Assembly (NCBI GenBank): GCA_963746235.1
Contig: CAVVCE010000007.1
Location: forward strand, 19,854-83,853
Length of the DNA: 64,000 nucleotides
DNA from: an uncultured Alphaproteobacteria bacterium
Lineage (GTDB): Bacteria > Pseudomonadota > Alphaproteobacteria > Rhizobiales > Xanthobacteraceae
Direction: 5' to 3'
Positions 58,789 to 64,000 of this stretch are shown piece after piece (within the stretch, counting starts at the first letter, position 1; each line of letters opens with the position of its first letter). The translations under genes were made by a program, and so were the position numbers. Under the pieces are notes generated by a model. That model was given only the letters and a program-made list of their open reading frames with translations, was not told the origin of the DNA and searched no databases.

Positions 58789-59283
58789 CTACACTTTCGC
58801 GAGGCCCTTGTCCGTCAACTCCGCCGCGGAGAACGGCGCCTTCTTCTTCTGGCTTCGGTGAGTTCGTCCGTCGTGCGGCGGCGTGGTCTGAAAGTCGCAA
58901 ATCGGGCAAACCTCGGCTTGGGCGCGTTTAGCTTTTACGGTCGCACCATTGGCTTTTTTGCGGCTGTTCGCCTTCGATGCTGCCGAACCTGTAATAAGAA
59001 AATCCTCGACTTTCTTGCCGGACTTGATCGCCGCGGTCAGCCACCGCGGCTTCAATCCGCGTCCGGCCCAGGTCTCAGCGGGATTGTCGGGATTGCGGTA
59101 TTTGGGCGCGACGGCGCCGTATCCGCGAGTGCTCTTCGAGGATTTTCCGCCCTGAAAGCGCCCTAGCTTTGACAGCGAAGATTCGAGCGCTTTGCGCTGT
59201 TCGAAGACTTTGGAAGAGAGGGCTGCTTCGACCTGTTCTTTCAGCGCAACGAGCTTTTCAATGGACATCGACTTCAACGCCAT
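58789..59283 (-). CDS. H-NS-like nucleoid protein with ~60-aa C-terminal Cys/His extension
   Basis: Coiled-coil N-terminus. H-NS DNA-binding motif YRNPDNPAETWAGRGLKPRWL. Extra tail ...CPICDFQTTPPHDGRTHRSQKKKAPFSAAEL. AT-rich upstream region. Confidence 0.75.
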   Translation of the reverse strand: MALKSMSIEKLVALKEQVEAALSSKVFEQRKALESSLSKLGRFQGGKSSKSTRGYGAVAPKYRNPDNPAETWAGRGLKPRWLTAAIKSGKKVEDFLITGSAASKANSRKKANGATVKAKRAQAEVCPICDFQTTPPHDGRTHRSQKKKAPFSAAELTDKGLAKV

Positions 59284-59784
59284 GCGTATTCCTCCGACTA
59301 CGGATATCTGAAAATGTAGTCCAAATATCGCATCTAAATTATTTCTTCACAAAAGAAAAGCCCAAACACAAAGTGATACAAATTGATAGGGCTAAGTTGT
59401 CGGTTAGGAGATTGCAACCGAGCGCTGATATGCTGCAGCGAGATCACGGCCGACGACGTCGCCTCAGTCGCCTCGCGGACGCCACCCGAGAGCCATGACT
59501 CGGACTCCCTCGGATTTGTAAATGCCGGCGTTGTTGCCGTAACGGGCAAGCGGGTTCGGCGACAGGGGACCGAGATCGGCCTCCACTCAAACTCGCAACG
59601 GCGGAGCCAGCGTGGGTCGACTGTCAAAAATGTCACGTGACCTCGGACTGTTTTCTGCCCATAAATAAGAACGGAAGTTGGGAGCCGAGTTGAACCGGTT
59701 ACCCCGCATTCACGGGCCGAGGGTATTTGCGCAGCCCATTTGCTCCCAGCCACACAAGAACGATAAGAGACCGGGAGGAGCGTC

Positions 59785-59970
59785 GTGAATGACGCCCAAC
59801 GTCTGCGCTCTCAGGCGGAGCTGTGTCTGCAGATCGCGCGATTGATGACCGACCGCACCGCGGCGAATCAATTGCACACCAAGGCGGCTGACTATCTCAC
59901 TCAAGCCGTCGAACTGGAAATCAAACCAGCCGCGCCACCGCGCAACACTACGCCATTGGGGGGGCGGTGA
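59785..59970 (+). CDS. Small helical hypothetical protein
   Basis: GTG start after a GGGAGGAG RBS: MNDAQRLRSQAELCLQIARLMTDRTAANQLHTKAADYLTQAVELE. Confidence 0.4.
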   Translation: MNDAQRLRSQAELCLQIARLMTDRTAANQLHTKAADYLTQAVELEIKPAAPPRNTTPLGGR

Positions 59971-60206
59971 TGATCTCCTTCGTGGCGTTGGCATTCGTGC
60001 GTATGGAAGGTGGCCTGGTGCCCGGCGAGGAGGTCGAGTGTCCGCTTCCGGGCGTTGCGATCCGGCGCGCCCAAGCGATGTCGAGCAATGCGGCGAATGC
60101 CGGCGCGGTCGCCTTCGTGCGGCAAAGCCCCGACCTCGACGCGTTCGGGGACGCGGTGGTCCTAAAAGCGTTTGGTGAAGTGCCCGAAGATTTCGATATT
60201 GCCTGA
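59967..60206 (+). CDS. Small hypothetical protein, translationally coupled to the previous ORF
   Basis: GTGA overlap. 79-aa ORF with no recognised motif. Confidence 0.35.
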   Translation: MMISFVALAFVRMEGGLVPGEEVECPLPGVAIRRAQAMSSNAANAGAVAFVRQSPDLDAFGDAVVLKAFGEVPEDFDIA

Positions 60207-60514
60207 CGGCTCCTTCGCCGCAAACCGGAAGCCCTATCACCGGCAAAGCAGGCTCTCGTGCCCGAGAAGTCAGCCGCTTCGCGCGACCAACTGCTCCGCG
60301 AACTCACCCGCCTTGGCTCTCGGCGCTGCGGCCTGGGCGCAACGCGCACTCGTCGAGAAAAACACCCTTACAACCTTGGATTCCGGTCTGGTGGAGGCTG
60401 CATTCGCGGCGAAATTGGCCGCCCGCTTTTCCTTTGTGGCTTTGCTTTGGTCGCCCCGCTCGTGAGCTGATAGTTGTGTCGCAGTCCATCCAACAGGCCA
60501 CCGCCTCCTTAGCC

Positions 60515-60826
60515 TCAAGTGCTTCCGTTTAGTCCTTCCCGTTGAAGTCGACGATAGTGCGTCCGAATGGCGGAGTTGTCGCCTGAGGATGCCGTCGCGA
60601 ACTGTCGTCCACTCATATGCGTTTGATTAATCGTTGGCGCAGATCTTGATCGGCGGCTCCCGTCTATCGCCGCACACAGCGCCAGAGAAATGAGGTGGGT
60701 CTCCATTCGAGGTTGCCGAACTCGGCAGAGAGGCGGCACGGAACAGCGCCTTGCGCGCACGGCTGACGACAAAAGGGCGCCGCCGGTGACGAGGATGGTC
60801 TTCATTTGCTTCGCGCTCGCTGTCAT
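60515..60826 (-). pseudogene. Possible Rossmann-fold (SDR/NmrA-like) gene remnant
   Basis: Only the N-terminal MKTILVTGGA is recognisable and the remainder is not protein-like. ATGA overlap with the upstream XRE remnant. Confidence 0.25.
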
Positions 60827-61148
60827 GCCGCAGCCGTCATCGCGATCGCTTGTTCTTTGTCGGTGAATAAAATCCCAGCGTGCTCGAAGGCTTCCTGGAT
60901 CCGGACCAATGCCGAAATGTAGCCAGCGATTGGGTGTTGGCTTTTTCGATACGTTGGATCGTGGCCGTCCCGACCCAGGCAGCGTTCGATAGATCCTCCT
61001 GTCGCCAGCGTTGGCGTCGCTGCTGCACCCGATCAGCGGCCGCTAGTGTCGGATTTCTGCAGCAGTGTTCCTCACGACGCGGCCGGCCTTCATCGCGCGC
61101 GAAAAGGCCGAGGCCGAGGGGCTGATGCCCGAGGCCGCAGTCCGGCAC
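60823..61148 (-). pseudogene. XRE-family HTH regulator, frameshifted with an internal stop
   Basis: QEDLSNAAWVGTATIQRIEKANT is in one frame and HPIAGYISALVRIQEAFEHAGILFTDKEQ in another. An upstream TAAEIRH is followed by a TAG. Confidence 0.5.
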
Positions 61149-61151
61149 CCG

Positions 61152-63545
61152 TCATGAATGAGGCACGACCAACGGCGTCGGGGCCACCGAACCCGACGCC
61201 GTCGGATCGGTGATCATGGCGCCGCAATGGCCATCGGAGCCGGCGCTGAAATTGGCCGCATACTGCCCGAGCAAGGTGAGGTTGAAGATGTGCCCTCCCC
61301 CATCGACGCTCGCCGGACCGCCGCCATCGGCGCCGGAGGTCTGTTGCATCCAGGGCATGGCGCCGGATGACGAACCGAATCCCAGGCTCCGCAAGTCGAC
61401 CCCGTCCCCGAGATCGAAGCCGGAAATGACGCCGGCAAACTGCGACAGCAGCGAATCGAGCTGCACCATGCCGCCGCCGGAGAAGAAGACCCCCCGGTCG
61501 GTGTCACCGCCGCTATTCGTACCGGTGCCCCCGCTGATGCCGAGTTCGTAGCCGCCGGAAATCACGGTGGCGGCGCTGCCCGGCGCGGTGTCGGCAAGGC
61601 TGCTGCCGGAGTTGGTCCCCGCGCTGGCGGCCACAGTTCCGCCGCTGGTGATCGGCGGATCGGTGATCAGCGTGCCGCCATGGCCATCGGAGGTCACGCT
61701 GAAGTTCCCCGACGTGTACGAACCGACCAAGGTGAGGGTCATGGAACTCTTCCCCTCCTTGACGGTCAGCGTGCCGCTGGCATTGGCCCCGGAGGTCTTT
61801 TGCGTCCAGGACAGGGTGCTGCTGGATGCATTGAAGGCGAGCCCTCCGAGGTCGATCGCGTCGCCGAGATGGAAGCCCGAAATGGTGCCGACGATGTGCG
61901 CCCCTGAATCGAGGTGCAGCATGCCGCCGCTGGAGAAGACGACACCGCTGGCGGAGCCGCCCGACGCCACCTCCAGCGTGCCGCCGCTGATCTTGGTGGC
62001 CACCGCGGTGCCGCCGCTGCTGACGAGCTCGTAGCCGCCGCTCGTGATGATCGTGCCGCTGGCGCGGCCGGCGCGCAGCACCGTCTCCTGGCCGCTGGCG
62101 AGGAGGGTGCCGGAAGTCGTGCCGCCGGACACGATTTCCGTTCCGCCACCCGACACTGTCGTGCCGATGGCCGTGCCGGCGCTGCGAACCAACTGCGACC
62201 CGGCAAAGATCACCGCGCCGCTGGCGAACCCGGAGTCGATCTGAAGCCCGCCGGAGACGAGCGTTCCGCGGTCGGTGCCGCCCTTGCTGATGGTCTCCGA
62301 GCCGCCGGCGTAGACGGTCGTCGCGCTGGCAAGCCCATGGCTCAGCACCGTCAGCGAGGCGCCGCTGGAGACGACGGTGCTGCTGGCGGTGCCGGCGGAG
62401 GAGACGACTTCGACACCGCTGACCAGCGTGGTCGAGATGGTCACGCCGAGATCGGTCTGCGAGCCACCGCTGAGGACGGTGGTGCCGCTGGCAGTCCCGG
62501 TGCGGCTGACCGTCTCCAGCCCGCCATTGAGCGTCACCCCGATATCCCTGCCGGACACGCGGGCAGTGCCGCCTTTGTTGACGGTCGTGCCGATGGCGGT
62601 GCCGCCGGACAGGACGTTGATGATGCCGCCGCTCTTGACGAGGACGCCGCCGCTGGTGTGGCCGGACGAGACCGTCAGGGTCTGGCCGCTGCTGACGATG
62701 ACCGAGTTGATCGTGACGTCGGTGCCGCCGTTGCCGTCGGAGGACACGATGACCTGGGCGCCGCCGAAATTCTGCGTCGGATCGAGTTGCAATTGAATGG
62801 TCTGGCTGCCCTCCACGACCTGCAGCACGTTGCCGGAGAGGATCTGGCCGGTGCCGCCGGAGACAAAAGCCACCGACGCCAGATCGATCGTGTCACTGCC
62901 GGTGAAGCCGCTGATCGTCGCCGACGGCATCGCCGAGCCGAAAATCTCCAGCGTGCCGGTGCCCGAAAAGGCGATCGCGCCGCTGACCACGGCACCGGAC
63001 TCGAGCACCACCATGCCGCCGCTGACGACGGTGTTGCTGGCCGTGCCGCCGGACGAAATCACCTGCGAGCCCGTGAAGACGGTGTCGCCGGTCGCGACTC
63101 CGCCCGACAATACGGTCTCGATGCCGCCGCTGATCCGGGCGCCGACATCGCTGCCGCCGGTATCGACGATCTCGGTGCCGCCGCTGCTCACCACGGTGCC
63201 GCTCGCGGTGCCGGAGGTCACGTATTGCGTGCCGCCGCTCTGCACCACCGTCCCGCTCGCCGTGCCGCCGCTGACCTGCTGGACGCCGCTGGCGCTGACC
63301 ACCATGCCCACGGCAACGCCGCCGACCACCGCGGTGCCGCCGCTGGAGACGACGTCGCCCGTCGCCGTGCCGCCCGAGAACACCTCCTCGACGCCGCCGC
63401 TCCTCACCACCGCGCTGACGCCGGTGCCGCCGCTGCTGATGACCTCGGTGCCGCCACTGCTGAGCACCGTCGCGCTCGCGGTGCCGCCGGACTCCACGCT
63501 CTGTTGCGCGCCAGAAACCGTGGCCCCGCTCGCCAGGCCGAACAC
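61152..63545 (-). CDS. Giant SGGT-repeat (beta-helix-like) surface/secreted protein, C-terminal segment
   Basis: Tens of ~19-aa repeats (G.ASGT.V.SGGT..V.SG) plus three copies of a ~100-aa module ISGF..GD.IDL...L.L.G.Y...NF...SDG.GGT.ITDP. Confidence 0.8.
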   Translation of the reverse strand: MFGLASGATVSGAQQSVESGGTASATVLSSGGTEVISSGGTGVSAVVRSGGVEEVFSGGTATGDVVSSGGTAVVGGVAVGMVVSASGVQQVSGGTASGTVVQSGGTQYVTSGTASGTVVSSGGTEIVDTGGSDVGARISGGIETVLSGGVATGDTVFTGSQVISSGGTASNTVVSGGMVVLESGAVVSGAIAFSGTGTLEIFGSAMPSATISGFTGSDTIDLASVAFVSGGTGQILSGNVLQVVEGSQTIQLQLDPTQNFGGAQVIVSSDGNGGTDVTINSVIVSSGQTLTVSSGHTSGGVLVKSGGIINVLSGGTAIGTTVNKGGTARVSGRDIGVTLNGGLETVSRTGTASGTTVLSGGSQTDLGVTISTTLVSGVEVVSSAGTASSTVVSSGASLTVLSHGLASATTVYAGGSETISKGGTDRGTLVSGGLQIDSGFASGAVIFAGSQLVRSAGTAIGTTVSGGGTEIVSGGTTSGTLLASGQETVLRAGRASGTIITSGGYELVSSGGTAVATKISGGTLEVASGGSASGVVFSSGGMLHLDSGAHIVGTISGFHLGDAIDLGGLAFNASSSTLSWTQKTSGANASGTLTVKEGKSSMTLTLVGSYTSGNFSVTSDGHGGTLITDPPITSGGTVAASAGTNSGSSLADTAPGSAATVISGGYELGISGGTGTNSGGDTDRGVFFSGGGMVQLDSLLSQFAGVISGFDLGDGVDLRSLGFGSSSGAMPWMQQTSGADGGGPASVDGGGHIFNLTLLGQYAANFSAGSDGHCGAMITDPTASGSVAPTPLVVPHS

Positions 63546-63603
63546 GTCCTGGAAGCCGCCGCTGATCCGGGCGCCGCTGTCGGCACCGCCGACACTGACG
63601 GTT

Positions 63604-64000
63604 TCAGAACCGCCGGCTCAATATGATTTCGCCGACCGCGCGCCCGCCGGACGACACCACCAGATCGCCGCCGCTGGATACGGTGTCGCCGCTGGCGACG
63701 CCGCCGAAGGCGACGTATTCGGTGCCGCTGCCGATCTGGGCGCCGAAATCCTTGCCGCCGCTGCCGACGATCTCGACGCCGCCGCTGAGCAGCGTGCCGC
63801 TCGCGGTGCCGCCGAGAACGCTCTGCGTGCCGCCGGAATAGATCGACGTGGCGCTGGCGAGGCCGGCCACGGTCTGCGAGCCGCCGCTGAGCGCAGCGCC
63901 GATCGCCGTGCCGCCGGACGACACGGTCTGGGTGCCTCCCGACAGCACGCTGTCGCTGGTGGCGACGCCGCCCGAGCCGATGGTCTCCTGGCCGCTGGCG
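63604..64000 (-). CDS. Same giant repeat protein, upstream segment (runs off the window), separated by a frameshift at 63607-63617
   Basis: The same repeat type (SGGTQTVSSGGTAIGAALSGGSQTV...). The frame stays open to the window edge. The downstream frame opens at 63617. Confidence 0.75.
   Translation of the reverse strand, partial: ASGQETIGSGGVATSDSVLSGGTQTVSSGGTAIGAALSGGSQTVAGLASATSIYSGGTQSVLGGTASGTLLSGGVEIVGSGGKDFGAQIGSGTEYVAFGGVASGDTVSSGGDLVVSSGGRAVGEIILSRRF

Noticed and set aside
61152-63545. RTX-type T1SS substrate or classical autotransporter
   Set aside because: The visible C-terminal ~800 aa contain no GGxGxD nonapeptide repeats and no C-terminal beta-barrel translocator.
61914-63626. 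570-aa plus-strand ORF across the repeat-protein gene
   Set aside because: Antisense of the Gly/Ser/Thr repeat gene, with an Ala/Arg/Gly/Asp low-complexity product.

Overview
High-GC (about 64-66%) alphaproteobacterial chromosome segment. Gene content looks Bradyrhizobium/Nitrobacteraceae-like, but that is inference only. Positions 1-22 kb are core-like: an HWE kinase with a CheY-like regulator, hisZ-hisG, patatin lipase, enoyl-CoA hydratase, a GtrA/GT2/YdjC envelope amino-sugar module, DUF2076, an L,D-transpeptidase, MFS transporters and an SBP-less ABC system. From about 22.1 kb to the right edge the window is a patchy, lower-GC accessory tract. It is rich in gene fragments and pseudogenes (DUF1236, APC permease, GGT, DNA ligase, resolvases, XRE), interspersed with intact genes: VapBC, NodB deacetylase + MltA, S1/P1 nuclease, SMP-30, a second patatin, an orphan Flp pilin, an SbmA/YddA-type ABC, a GGDEF cyclase, a ~1590-aa dual-core hybrid kinase, an H-NS-like protein and a giant SGGT-repeat protein running off the window. 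No rRNA, tRNA, CRISPR array or intact transposase/integrase was found. The most interesting item is a ~347-nt ORF-less element at 46217-46563, directly downstream of an intrinsic terminator. It has the hallmarks of a group IIC intron ribozyme (DI, a near-canonical IIC domain V with CGC triad, DVI with a bulged A) but almost entirely lacks domains II-IV and has no maturase. A second pervasive signal is at least ten single-nucleotide frame disruptions in otherwise full-length conserved genes, which could be either sequence error or real early pseudogenisation. Several short in-frame tandem repeats and an intergenic 14-15-bp direct-repeat array are also noted. All homology statements come from reading the translations and from memory of family motifs. 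Nothing was searched.
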